From contig JBGAIN010000028.1 of NCBI GenBank assembly GCA_044225505.1, positions 44,657 through 64,656 of the forward strand: 20,000 bases of DNA. Direction: 5' to 3'. Below the pieces are notes generated by a model. It was not told the origin of the DNA, searched no databases, and saw nothing but the letters and a program-made list of their open reading frames with translations. Source of the DNA: Limisphaerales bacterium (GTDB lineage Bacteria; Verrucomicrobiota; Verrucomicrobiia; Limisphaerales; SIBE01). The translations under genes and the position numbers were made by a program. Of this stretch, positions 1-9,416 are shown in pieces (the stretch's first letter is position 1; the number at the start of each line of letters is the position of its first letter).

Positions 1-876
1 CGCGCGCATATGGAGTTGGCGGAAGCCCAAACTCGGCTTCTGCAGACCTCTCGCCAGGCGGGTATGGCGGAAGTCGCGACGGGCGTTTTGCACAACGTTG
101 GCAACGTTCTGAATAGCATCAATGTCTCAGCCACCCTGGTCCGAGATCGGTTGCGCAAGTCTGAGATCACTAGCTTGTGTAAAGTCACCAAACTGATCCG
201 GCAGAATGATGCGAACCTTGGCGCCTTCCTCACCGCTGATCCAAAGGGAAAACTCATCCCGGCGTTTCTTTCGGATTTAGGAGAAGCGTTGCAGCGAGAG
301 CACCTGGCCATGGCTCAGGAACATGAGCAACTCTCCCGGAACATTGAGCATGTGAAGGAGATCGTCGCCACCCAGCAAAGCTACGCGCGCGTCTCCGGGC
401 TCATGGAGCAGGTCACCGTGAGCGAATTGGTAGACGACGCAATTCGGATGAACCAGGCCGGGTTGACCCGCCACGGAATCCATATCGAACGATGCTTCAC
501 ACCGGTTCCGATGGTAACCATCGACAAACACAAGCTGCTGCAAATTCTCGTCAACTTAATTCACAATGCGAAGTACGCGCTTGACGCTGGCTCCGCTCCG
601 CATAAGCAGGTCACGATCGAAGTTGCACCCTGCCCTGACGACGGATTCAAAATCGTTGTCAGCGACAACGGAGTGGGCATCGCCCCGGAGAATTTGACTC
701 GCATCTTTTCGCACGGTTTCACCACCCGCAAGGATGGTCACGGGTTTGGACTTCACAGCGGCGCCAACGCCGCCAAAGAAATGGGTGGATCACTGCTGGT
801 TTCGAGCGAAGGGCTGGGCCATGGGGCGACTTTTACACTGCAGCTTCCGATTATTCAACAGAAGGCCAGACGATGA
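1..876 (+). CDS. Sensor histidine kinase, C-terminal part (HisKA-like + HATPase_c); 5' end lies outside the window
   Basis: The frame is open from base 1 (cgc gcg cat atg). H-box AGMAEVATGVLHNVGNVLN, N-box QILVNLIHNAKYA, G1 DNGVGI, F-box IFSHGFTT, G2 GHGFGLH. The stop overlaps the next start (ATGA at 873-876). Confidence 0.93.
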   Translation, partial: RAHMELAEAQTRLLQTSRQAGMAEVATGVLHNVGNVLNSINVSATLVRDRLRKSEITSLCKVTKLIRQNDANLGAFLTADPKGKLIPAFLSDLGEALQREHLAMAQEHEQLSRNIEHVKEIVATQQSYARVSGLMEQVTVSELVDDAIRMNQAGLTRHGIHIERCFTPVPMVTIDKHKLLQILVNLIHNAKYALDAGSAPHKQVTIEVAPCPDDGFKIVVSDNGVGIAPENLTRIFSHGFTTRKDGHGFGLHSGANAAKEMGGSLLVSSEGLGHGATFTLQLPIIQQKARR

Positions 877-3074
877 GTGTTTCTTCAGAGGTCAAAAACA
901 ATCGCATTCTCGTCGTCGACGACAACCCTTCGATTCACGACGATATCCGGAAAATCCTCTGCGGGAGCGACAGGGATGACCGGGCACTGCTCGACGCGAA
1001 AGCCCTGCTCTTTGAGGAACCTTCGGAAGAGGTGGAGGAAATGGTGTTCGAAGTCGATTCGGCGCTTCAGGGGCAGGACGGTCTGGCCAAGGTCGCGGAA
1101 GCCTCCTCCGCCGGTCGTTCCTATGCTGTTGCGTTCGTGGACGTGCGCATGCCACCGGGCTGGGATGGGGTCGAGACAGTCACTCGCATCTGGCAACAGT
1201 TTCCAGATTTGCAGGTCGTGATCATGACGGCCTACGCCGACTATTCATGGGCCGAGATGATCAAGCAGTTAGGTCGATCCGATAAGCTCGTGATTCTCAA
1301 GAAGCCCTTTGACACCATCGAAGTCCTGCAACTGGCAGATGCGCTTACCCACAAATGGATGCTCAATCAGGAAGTCAAACACCGACTCCTGAATCTCGAT
1401 GTACTAGTTAACGAACGAACGGCAGAACTCCGCGATGCGAATGAGAAGCTGAAAGCGGAGATTGCAGAACGCATGCAGATTGAAAGGTCCTTGCGGCTTT
1501 CGGAAGAGCGGTTCTCGAAGGCTTTTAAAGCCAGCCCGATTCCCTTGGCGATCCAGTCTCTCTTGCAGGAAAAGTTTCTCGATATCAACGAAGGATTCCA
1601 GGAACTCACTGGTTACGCACGAGCCGATTTGATTGGAAGTTCTCCGGACGAATTACGCCTTTGGGGAGACGAGGGCGGCGGCAAGGCCATTCTTAAAATC
1701 CTGCACGAACAAATGTCCGTCCGCCACTTAGCGTGCAGTCTTCGTACCAAACAGGGTGAACTTCGTCACATCTTGATCTCGGTGGAACTGTTCGAGTTAG
1801 ATGGGCAGCCATTTTTGCTCAATATCGCCCAGGACATCTCGGAGCAGATGCGTCTGGAGCAACAGCTTCGCCAAGCCCAAAAAATGGAGGCCGTTGGGCA
1901 ACTGGCCGCGGGCGTCGCGCATGACTTCAATAACATATTGACTGTCGTTCAGGGATATACGGGATTGCTCTATGACCGGCAACCCCCGGGGTCACCGGAT
2001 GCCAAGGCGCTTCGTACGATTGCCGGTGCCGCTGACCGCGCGACCAAATTGGTTCGCCAACTGTTGACGTTTAGCCGGAAACAGTTCATGCAGGTCCAGC
2101 CCATGCTGATTGGTGACACCCTCTCCGGCATGGCGGATATGCTGCCGCGACTCGTCGGCGAGAACATTTCCGTTCAGGTGATCGTCGCGCCGGACTTGCC
2201 TTTAATCAACGCCGATGCCGGAATGGTGGAACAGTTGATCATGAACTTGGCGGTCAACGCTCGCGACGCCATGCTATCGAGCGGCACACTGACGATTAGA
2301 GCCGACGCCGTCGACATCAGTCCAGCCGCCCTCCGAAAGAACCCGGAAGCTCGCCCAGGTCGCTTCGTCTGCATTAGCGTTGCCGACACCGGCTGCGGAA
2401 TCGCGCCGGATGTCCTACCTCGAATCTTCGAACCCTTCTTTACCACCAAGGGTATCGGAAAAGGCACCGGGCTGGGCTTAGCAACGGTCTACGGTATCGT
2501 GAAACAACACAACGGTTGGATCGAGGTGGATAGCGAGGTTGGAAAGGGGTGTCGTTTTCAAGCATTTATACCGGCGGATCGACCTGTCCCGGACACACGC
2601 CAGACCTTACAACCGACCACTCTCCTCGTGGGTGGAAATGAGACCGTGTTGGTGGTGGAGGATGAGCAGGACGTCCGCGATTTTGTTGCCGAGATCCTGA
2701 AGGTCCACGGGTATACCGTTTACACCTCGGTTTCTGGCATTGAAGCATTTCAGCAGTGGGGTCATCGGTGCCGTGAACTCGACCTGCTACTCACCGATTT
2801 AGTGATGCCAGGCGGCGTTTCCGGGCGGGAGCTCGCGGAGCGACTTGTCCTTGCCAATGCAGATTTGAAGGTAATCTTTACCAGTGGGTATAGTCCCGGT
2901 ATGGCCGGCAAGGATCTCGCGCTTCTCGACGGAAGCAACTTCTTACCCAAACCGCACGGTCCGTCACGATTGTTGAAGATGGTTCGAGAATGCTTAGATC
3001 GGAAACATACGCAGACGGGTAAATCAACGAAGGTTTCGTCGCCCCCGTTGGAGAGTCCAGTTGCTGTCATGTAG
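873..3074 (+). CDS. Hybrid sensor kinase/response regulator (REC-coiled coil-PAS-HisKA-HATPase-REC)
   Basis: N-terminal REC ([18 protein letters not shown]); PAS ([14 protein letters not shown]...NIAQDISE); H-box [42 protein letters not shown]-terminal REC ([18 protein letters not shown]). No transmembrane segment is evident. Confidence 0.95.
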   Translation: MSVSSEVKNNRILVVDDNPSIHDDIRKILCGSDRDDRALLDAKALLFEEPSEEVEEMVFEVDSALQGQDGLAKVAEASSAGRSYAVAFVDVRMPPGWDGVETVTRIWQQFPDLQVVIMTAYADYSWAEMIKQLGRSDKLVILKKPFDTIEVLQLADALTHKWMLNQEVKHRLLNLDVLVNERTAELRDANEKLKAEIAERMQIERSLRLSEERFSKAFKASPIPLAIQSLLQEKFLDINEGFQELTGYARADLIGSSPDELRLWGDEGGGKAILKILHEQMSVRHLACSLRTKQGELRHILISVELFELDGQPFLLNIAQDISEQMRLEQQLRQAQKMEAVGQLAAGVAHDFNNILTVVQGYTGLLYDRQPPGSPDAKALRTIAGAADRATKLVRQLLTFSRKQFMQVQPMLIGDTLSGMADMLPRLVGENISVQVIVAPDLPLINADAGMVEQLIMNLAVNARDAMLSSGTLTIRADAVDISPAALRKNPEARPGRFVCISVADTGCGIAPDVLPRIFEPFFTTKGIGKGTGLGLATVYGIVKQHNGWIEVDSEVGKGCRFQAFIPADRPVPDTRQTLQPTTLLVGGNETVLVVEDEQDVRDFVAEILKVHGYTVYTSVSGIEAFQQWGHRCRELDLLLTDLVMPGGVSGRELAERLVLANADLKVIFTSGYSPGMAGKDLALLDGSNFLPKPHGPSRLLKMVRECLDRKHTQTGKSTKVSSPPLESPVAVM

Positions 3075-3109
3075 AGCCGCGGGGGTCATGGGCGCTCCAT
3101 GGCGATGGG

Positions 3110-4375
3110 CTAGAGATAGCTAAGCCAAACATCGTTCCTCCGCCGTTTGAAATCGGCAAACCAACGGCACGCCGGATAAAGCAGCAAAACAATGGCGACC
3201 CAGGCCAAATAGACGAACGCGAGATTCACGCCGGCATTCGCCGGCGGCTGCAATCCGCCTTTCCCGAAAGGATTGACGAATAGCCACGCCGCTGTCCCAT
3301 GACGGATTAGAGCCAGCACCACTGCCGCCAAATGGATTAACGGTATGTGCAGCAAATAGTAGAACAAAGGAACGCGGCCAAAAACGAGCAACGGGCGCAG
3401 CCACGCAGGTGTTCCTCGTTCGAGAAACGCCAAAACGATCAACGCCGGGCCAATTGTCATGAATAGGTAGTCTAACGACGGTGGGTACTTGTGAACGTCG
3501 AGGAAAGAAAGCACGGTCAGAAGCCAATTCCGCTGAACTGACCAGCGACCATTTGGCAAGTCTTGGCCTAGCTCCTGGCTCGTCGGATTCCCGTAGCCGT
3601 TCAGTCCACGCACGACCAAGAACATGACCGTCAGAGCCACTCCGGACCACCCGAGGACCCGACGCCGACGCGCTGACTCCCAGGAGAATACCGTTCCAAA
3701 CCAATAGCCGCTCGCCAGCACACCGATCCATGGAATCAAGGGATATCCCACGGCGAACTGAAATTCTGGTGTGATCTGAAATGGCCGTGTTACGTGAAGC
3801 ACTCCCCACAGTACCGCCCAAGGTCCGAAAACCTCGGGTCGGATTGGATCGAGGAGGTTGTGGAAGGCGATCATCCCAATGCCAACCATGCCCACGACTT
3901 GCCTAGGCAAATAGACCAACCCTGCCAACACCACCATGGCCCACCCGATCGCCCATAAGACGCCCACGCCAACGTAGCTGTAATCGAAGTTGAACTCCCA
4001 TCCGACGCTGCGCACCCAGCTCAGTTCCAGAAACGCCAGCCACAGCCCGCGAGAGAACAAAAACCAAGATAACTCGCGTGTCGATCTACCGCGTAGCCCC
4101 GTCAAACAGGCGCCGATACCAGCGAGAAAGATAAAGTTGGGAGCGCAGAAATGAGTGACCCAGCGAGTCAAATAAAGGCCCAGCGTTGTCTTCTCCAAAT
4201 CCAGAGGATCAAACCGAACATTGGTAAAGAAATCGCGAGTGTGATCCAGCGCCATCAACACCATGATGACGCCGCGCAACAGATCGATCGATTCAAGCCT
4301 CGGACGCGATGGAGAACGGGAGATCGTCTCACTGGCGGGCACGTTACTGCCGGTAGGCTGTGAAAGCGCGCTCAT
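3110..4375 (-). CDS. DUF1624 / heparan-alpha-glucosaminide N-acetyltransferase-like polytopic membrane protein
   Basis: Family-typical RLESIDLLRGVIMVLMALDHTRDFF, TRWVTHFCAPNFIFLAG, KYPPSL, FGRVPLFYYLLH and C-terminal WLSYL; many hydrophobic helices. Confidence 0.85.
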   Translation of the reverse strand: MSALSQPTGSNVPASETISRSPSRPRLESIDLLRGVIMVLMALDHTRDFFTNVRFDPLDLEKTTLGLYLTRWVTHFCAPNFIFLAGIGACLTGLRGRSTRELSWFLFSRGLWLAFLELSWVRSVGWEFNFDYSYVGVGVLWAIGWAMVVLAGLVYLPRQVVGMVGIGMIAFHNLLDPIRPEVFGPWAVLWGVLHVTRPFQITPEFQFAVGYPLIPWIGVLASGYWFGTVFSWESARRRRVLGWSGVALTVMFLVVRGLNGYGNPTSQELGQDLPNGRWSVQRNWLLTVLSFLDVHKYPPSLDYLFMTIGPALIVLAFLERGTPAWLRPLLVFGRVPLFYYLLHIPLIHLAAVVLALIRHGTAAWLFVNPFGKGGLQPPANAGVNLAFVYLAWVAIVLLLYPACRWFADFKRRRNDVWLSYL

Positions 4376-4741
4376 AATCCTGATCTGAGCCCACTTTTCC
4401 CGGCTTGCTAACGAGTCTCACCCGAAAAGCAAACGTCCAAACTGGGCGGGGATGAGTCAGCGTGAAATGGCTGGCGCTGTCAAGTTTTTGGGATGATTCA
4501 GGTTGCGCTCGCCGGAGCATCTCGACCGCGCCAGCCGCCAAAGTTGCCGCGGCGTCGAATCGTCGGCCGGAAAGTTCTTGGACAACGCCCGGAAGAGTAA
4601 TCAGGCTCGTGAAATAATGCCTTTAGGGAAAGGTCCCGAGCACGCGCTCAAGCACCAAACGTCACGGGTCCAGGGAATTGCGCTTGCCGTCGTCTCATCC
4701 GGCTCGCTCGGCGGTAACTACCCAGAGAGCGCCATCTCAGC

Positions 4742-6076
4742 TCAAAAAACCAAGATCTGCCTGCGCAAATTTTTGGATGTTGGGAAATACGGAATCAGGT
4801 CAGTTGGGACGCCAAACCATGCGGCCAACGTCGCCCCATATTGGTCGGTGGACGTCGACGGGATCAGCGCTCCACGAGACCCGGAATCGTCAGGTCCACC
4901 CAACGCCATACTCGGAAACCGACCGTAGACATTTCCACCGTTTACAGCTCCGCCCATAACCAAATGGTGATTGCCCCACCCGTGATCAGTCCCCGAACCG
5001 CTCGGTTGCAAGGTGCGCCCGAAATCCGACAAAGTGAAGCTGGTCACTCGGTCGGGAATACCTAGTTCAACCGTGGCCGAGTAGAATGCTGCCATCGCTT
5101 CGGACACCTGCTTCAGCAGGTCCCAGTGCTGCCAACTCTGAGACCCGTGCGTATCAAACCCGCCGATCGAACAGAAAAAGACTTGCCGAGCCATGCCTGT
5201 AGAACTTCGCAGTTTGATTATCTTGGCGACCTGTTGCAGCTGATTCCCCAATGTTGTTCCTGGAAATGGAGTGCTTAAAGTTGCGGAAGCACCGGCCAAC
5301 ATCGCGCTCAGATCCATCGCATCTTTCCGGACTTTGTTAGCCGCCTGCACCAGCGCCAAGCCACTGTCAAACTCCAAAACCTGCTGTAATCCATTTCGCC
5401 GAGCATCGGCCGCACTCTGAGGCCAGATCTGCATTCCGCTCGCGTCGAGGTTGAATCCCGGCAATAAGCTAGCGGACTGGACGACATTTCCGGCGCAGAA
5501 CAACGCCGGCCCCGAAGTCGAGACACTCGCCGGAAATGTCGCCGCTCCGTTCAACAGGTGAACCATGTCAACGGCTCGAGCTCCCCAGCCTGTGCCCCCG
5601 GAAGTTGACGGCACGCCACTCTGCATCTGTTGAATTTGATCGGAGTGAGAAAACAGGTTTGTCGGAACTGGAACGGCATTCGCCAGGAACTGTGCGCGAT
5701 TGACCGGTTGCACGAGCATGCCGACATTCGCCATGACAGCAAGATGTCCCTGCGACCAAAGCGGATGAATGGCAGACAGGCCGGGATTCAGCCCATAAGG
5801 AGTGCCGTCCTTCGCTTCTACCGTAAGGAGTGCACCGTTGTTGTCCGGCAACGCAATCGATCCGCGGGCGGCGCGATACGCATTAAACTCAGCCTGGGTC
5901 AAAGGCACCACGGTGTTATGTCCATCATTACCGCCGGCGAGGAAGATGCAAACCAGTGCCTTATAATCTGGTGGCGCCGATTGAGCGAGAGCATTGAGGC
6001 CGCCGAGACGGGCGAGGAACGCCAACCCGCCCAGACCACGCAAAAGTTGCCGGCGAGTAATCCGATGTTGTTTCAT
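4742..6076 (-). CDS. DUF1501 family protein with Tat signal peptide; apparent frameshift near the C-terminus (restored stop at 4737-4739)
   Basis: ATG at 6076 gives MKQHRITRRQLLRG (twin-arginine) and an ALA cleavage site. Motifs DYKALVCIFLAGGNDG, LFSHSDQ, GGFDTH, SDFGRTL, GTDHGWG, STDQYGATLAAWFGV. It lies directly downstream of a DUF1800 gene. The track start (TTG 6112) is less likely. Confidence 0.88.
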   Translation of the reverse strand: MKQHRITRRQLLRGLGGLAFLARLGGLNALAQSAPPDYKALVCIFLAGGNDGHNTVVPLTQAEFNAYRAARGSIALPDNNGALLTVEAKDGTPYGLNPGLSAIHPLWSQGHLAVMANVGMLVQPVNRAQFLANAVPVPTNLFSHSDQIQQMQSGVPSTSGGTGWGARAVDMVHLLNGAATFPASVSTSGPALFCAGNVVQSASLLPGFNLDASGMQIWPQSAADARRNGLQQVLEFDSGLALVQAANKVRKDAMDLSAMLAGASATLSTPFPGTTLGNQLQQVAKIIKLRSSTGMARQVFFCSIGGFDTHGSQSWQHWDLLKQVSEAMAAFYSATVELGIPDRVTSFTLSDFGRTLQPSGSGTDHGWGNHHLVMGGAVNGGNVYGRFPSMALGGPDDSGSRGALIPSTSTDQYGATLAAWFGVPTDLIPYFPTSKNLRRQILVF

Positions 6077-6108
6077 AGGAACTTTAGTTGAGTGTGGAAG
6101 CGCCGCGT

Positions 6109-9003
6109 TCAATGCTGTACCGCGTATTGTCCGCTCAGGGTGGTTAGATAAAGAACGGTCTCAATGCGTGACTTAGCGTCATAGCCAGGCGTCGCGGCGT
6201 TGACAATTACCTGCTTCATCGCCGCGGGCATTCGACCGTAAAGAAAAGTCTGATTAGCAGCTTCGACCAACGCGACCATATCGTTCCCATATTTCTGGAA
6301 TGGCGAGAGATCCACCGTGAAATCACCCGTTGGATAATTGAGTATCGAGTAGATAAGATTGCCTCGAAGGGTCGCTTCCGTCGGGCTATAAATCTGAAAT
6401 TCCGGACCAAACAGAGAACTCTTGGGCACCCGGTACAGGGGCGAGAACCAACTGAACACGGAAGGCGGACTAAGAATAGGCTGTGCCATATAATCGAACA
6501 AGTAACTCAGCTGCTGCCCACTGCTGAACTGGCCATTGAGCGCCCTCAACACCCCCGCGACTTGAAGAATCGGTTCCTTCAGCCTGCCGCCATTGGACGT
6601 CGGCACGTCCTGGCGGGCCTCCGGATCCAGCAAAATGGCGCGGACAACCGCTTTCAGATCACCCCGCACTCCTGCTCCATTGTCGGCGAATACATCGGCG
6701 ATCCGATGAATATAGCCTGGAGAGGGATTGCTCATAACGAGCGAACGAATCAGCCGAGTGGCGACAAAAGGCGCAATGTTGGGATGGCTCATAACACAGT
6801 CCAGGAGCGCATCTAAATCCTGCAAGACCGTCTGTCCACCCGGCACGGAGCAGCCCAGGAAAGACTTTGGGGAAGTGTCGTGATTCTGTTCGCGCGTTTC
6901 CATTCCGGCCTCGAAGTATTCCCAGTTGGCCGATCGCGGGGTCGCGCCTGGCGCGGTCCCGTAAGTCCATCCTGTCAATGCGAGCGCAACTTGGCCCACC
7001 GTTGCCTGCGTGTAGACTGGAATCGGACCACCGTTGCCGTCCAGTTGCTGGGAACCGTCCTGATTCAACTTCCACAGCCCGACCGTAAACAATTGCATAA
7101 ACTCGCGGGCATAATTCTCGTTGGCACCGCCAGCCAACCCAGGCTTCATCGAGTTAGCCAAATCAAGGTATTTACCCATCGAAGGACTCATGGTGACGTC
7201 GCGAAGCAGATCACGATAATTCCCGAAAGCGTGCCTGCTTAACAACTTCATCCAAGGCAAGATTTCATTGGCGTAGATTAGTTTATTGCCGGAAGTGACG
7301 ATGATCTGGCCGAGGGCGTAGGCAACGCGTTGGCGAAGCTGATCAGGAGCAGAAGTGTAATTGTAGAGCGTCCATTGCCGCAGTGTCCCCATCGAATTGT
7401 CGGGAGGCGTTGGTATGGCCGTCTCAGGAAGCCCGAATTGCTCGTCCAAATAAGCTGGAAGTCCCAATTGCTGCACGCGGGCTAACGTCGCCGGGGATGG
7501 TCCAAAGGAAGACTGTTCGAGAAACCGAGCTGATGACAGCGAGATTGTAGGCGGTGGAGGGGCGGTCAATGTTACACTGGCCTGCGCATAGGATGACGGG
7601 CTCGCGACCGAGGTTGCACGGATTGTCACGGCATTCGAGGCAGGCATCGTTGCTGGCGCCGTGTAAACACCGCTGGAAGTAATGGTTCCAACCGCCGAAG
7701 ATCCTCCCACGATGCCGTTCACTGACCAAGTCACGCTGGGATCTGAATTCCCAGTAACGCCGGCCCCGAAGACCTGAGTCCCGCCCAACCCGACCGTTGT
7801 CGCTGTCGGCGAGATCGTCACGGTTACAGGCGGCGGGGGGAGCACAAGTGTCACCATCGCTTGCGCAAAAGCACTTGGATTCGCCACGGAAGTCGCTCGA
7901 ACTGTGATGGACGCATTCGATGGCAGACTCGCAGGTGCCGCATAAACTCCCGAACTGCTGATCGTCCCAAAGGTGGAAGAACCGCCTGTCGTTCCGTTTA
8001 CCGACCATGTCACCGCGGTGTTGGAACTCCCACTTACAGTCGCAGAGAACGTTCGTGTGGAATTCAACGGTACCGTAGCCGTAGCAGGTGACACGGCCAT
8101 AGTGATCGGCGGCGGCGGAGGCACGAGTGTGATCGTCGCTTGCCCGAAGGCTGTCTGACTTGAAACCGACGTCGCACGAATGGTTATGGTGCTTGAGGGG
8201 GGCATCGTGCTGGGGGCCCTGTAAATACCAGTGGTGCTGATCGTCCCGACATCGGTCGCACCACCCGCTATCCCATTCACTAACCATGTGACGGCAGGGT
8301 TAGCGCTCCCGGTCACACTCGCCGTAAAGCTGAGCGTGCTGTCTAGCCGGAGCGAGGCCGATGTCGGAGACACCGTAACGACCACCGGCGCCGTCGCGAC
8401 AGCCACTGCTACCGCGTTCCCCGTCACCGCTCCTGGCCCAGGCTGCTTGACCGAGAACTGAATAGTGCCCGCACTGCCAGCTACTCCGTTGATCAACAGC
8501 TTCGTCGACGAGACAAACGTTGTCGGGACGGGCATTCCATTGGCCAAGGCTTGCGAGTCTGGGGCAAAGTTGCTGCCGTTGAAGCTTACGGCATACGTGC
8601 CGACCTTCAACTTCGACGGCGAAACACTCCAAAGCCAAGGATACGGACGCGTTATCGTAAGTTTAGCAATACCGAACGACGTTGGATATTTTGTGCTCGT
8701 GGCTTTGACGAGAACTTGATTATTCATCGGCGCGCCGGACGGCGCTTTGTAAAGGCCACTCCCGTTGATTGTCCCAACCGTCAGATTACCTCCGGGAATA
8801 TCATTGACGGACCATGTGATCGTATTCGGCGAAATGGGAACGTACGCCGAGAACTGCCGACTCGTCCCAACTTCAATCGATGAGTTCTCTGGGTAAACAG
8901 CGATGGCTCCGGCAATCTGCGCGCGAAGATCGACTTCTCCAAAACCGGCGCCGGCAAGCAATGCCAGCATCATCAGACCTGCCAGCGATGCAAAGCGTCC
9001 CAT
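6109..9003 (-). CDS. DUF1800 family protein with N-terminal signal peptide, four Ig-like (Big_2-like) repeats and one IPT/TIG-like domain
   Basis: DUF1800 motifs ARFLEQSSFGP, DQLRQRVAYAL, AFGNYRDLLRDVTMSPSMGKYLD, NENYAREFMQLFTVGL, HPNIAPF, GDLKAVVRAILLDPEAR, GRLKEP. ATG 9003 gives a hydrophobic signal (MGRFASLAGLMMLALLAGAG). The track start 9159 lies upstream of the sigma-54 promoter. Confidence 0.9.
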   Translation of the reverse strand: MGRFASLAGLMMLALLAGAGFGEVDLRAQIAGAIAVYPENSSIEVGTSRQFSAYVPISPNTITWSVNDIPGGNLTVGTINGSGLYKAPSGAPMNNQVLVKATSTKYPTSFGIAKLTITRPYPWLWSVSPSKLKVGTYAVSFNGSNFAPDSQALANGMPVPTTFVSSTKLLINGVAGSAGTIQFSVKQPGPGAVTGNAVAVAVATAPVVVTVSPTSASLRLDSTLSFTASVTGSANPAVTWLVNGIAGGATDVGTISTTGIYRAPSTMPPSSTITIRATSVSSQTAFGQATITLVPPPPPITMAVSPATATVPLNSTRTFSATVSGSSNTAVTWSVNGTTGGSSTFGTISSSGVYAAPASLPSNASITVRATSVANPSAFAQAMVTLVLPPPPVTVTISPTATTVGLGGTQVFGAGVTGNSDPSVTWSVNGIVGGSSAVGTITSSGVYTAPATMPASNAVTIRATSVASPSSYAQASVTLTAPPPPTISLSSARFLEQSSFGPSPATLARVQQLGLPAYLDEQFGLPETAIPTPPDNSMGTLRQWTLYNYTSAPDQLRQRVAYALGQIIVTSGNKLIYANEILPWMKLLSRHAFGNYRDLLRDVTMSPSMGKYLDLANSMKPGLAGGANENYAREFMQLFTVGLWKLNQDGSQQLDGNGGPIPVYTQATVGQVALALTGWTYGTAPGATPRSANWEYFEAGMETREQNHDTSPKSFLGCSVPGGQTVLQDLDALLDCVMSHPNIAPFVATRLIRSLVMSNPSPGYIHRIADVFADNGAGVRGDLKAVVRAILLDPEARQDVPTSNGGRLKEPILQVAGVLRALNGQFSSGQQLSYLFDYMAQPILSPPSVFSWFSPLYRVPKSSLFGPEFQIYSPTEATLRGNLIYSILNYPTGDFTVDLSPFQKYGNDMVALVEAANQTFLYGRMPAAMKQVIVNAATPGYDAKSRIETVLYLTTLSGQYAVQH
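7565..8385 (-). repeat. Three tandem 279-nt (93-aa) intragenic Ig-like repeats; a fourth, more diverged copy lies at ~8650-8907
   Basis: The Ser codons of the repeated 'SP' motif start at 8370, 8091 and 7812 (exact 279-nt period). Shared consensus: SP...F.A.V.G..N/D..VTW.VNG..GG....GTI...G.Y.AP...P....T.RATSV......QA..TL, with poly-Pro linkers. Confidence 0.88.
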
Positions 9004-9132
9004 CGGATTCTGGCCATGACGGTTGCTGACCGGCTTCGGCTTTCCGAGTGGGGTAATCGTTCTGGATGCATCGTCAGGATCGCACCTTCGACCTTGGAGA
9101 ATGGATATTGCCGTCACGGTGACTACCACTCG

Positions 9133-9147
9133 GCAATTGGTGTGCCA
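9133..9147 (-). promoter_or_regulatory. Sigma-54 (RpoN) -24/-12 promoter for the DUF1800-DUF1501 operon
   Basis: The minus strand reads TGGCAC-ACCAA-TTGC, matching TGGCAC-N5-TTGC, 130 nt upstream of ATG 9003 and correctly oriented. Confidence 0.72.
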
Positions 9148-9335
9148 CACTAAAACCAATCCTAGTAACGTTTCGAGCGGGAGGAATCTCTACGTAATTC
9201 ACACAATAGTAGAACTACTCTAAGCCTGTTCGTTTTCATTTTCTCAAGGTTGCAGTCCCGCCAACGGCACGGCCTTCCACTGTCTCGTTTTGACTCTTTC
9301 GCGAGCCAACCCTGTGCACTAACCCCTCTGGGAAA

Positions 9336-9360
9336 AGTCCGAATCTGGGCCTTTCGGACT
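9336..9360. promoter_or_regulatory. Perfect inverted repeat, candidate transcription-factor/enhancer site
   Basis: AGTCCGAA-N9-TTCGGACT in the divergent intergenic region. Confidence 0.35.
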
Positions 9361-9416
9361 ATTCCGCATTATTGACGTTTGAACTAGGGTTTCGCAGGAC
9401 TGTGAAAGGAGAATCT

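Noticed and set aside
4503..4928. 141-aa plus-strand ORF in and near the DUF1624-DUF1501 intergenic region
   Set aside because: TTG start, antisense overlap with DUF1501 and no recognisable motifs.
7424..8287. 287-aa alternative-frame ORF inside the DUF1800 gene
   Set aside because: Shadow frame of the Ser/Thr/Val-rich repeats; the composition is not protein-like.
7565..8385. 279-nt periodicity as a CRISPR array or other non-coding repeat
   Set aside because: The units are diverged at DNA level, conserved at protein level and in frame within a CDS; there is no repeat-spacer structure.
9044..9133. Inverted repeat CCGAGTGG...CCACTCGG as a possible leader RNA or riboswitch
   Set aside because: One arm overlaps the sigma-54 -12 element and would lie upstream of the predicted TSS; no riboswitch consensus recognised.
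9270..9325. Minus-strand GCACAGGG...GAAAGAGT superficially resembling a c-di-GMP-I riboswitch
   Set aside because: It lacks the conserved GGCAAA and GACGCAAA elements and the second stem, and lies upstream of the predicted promoter.
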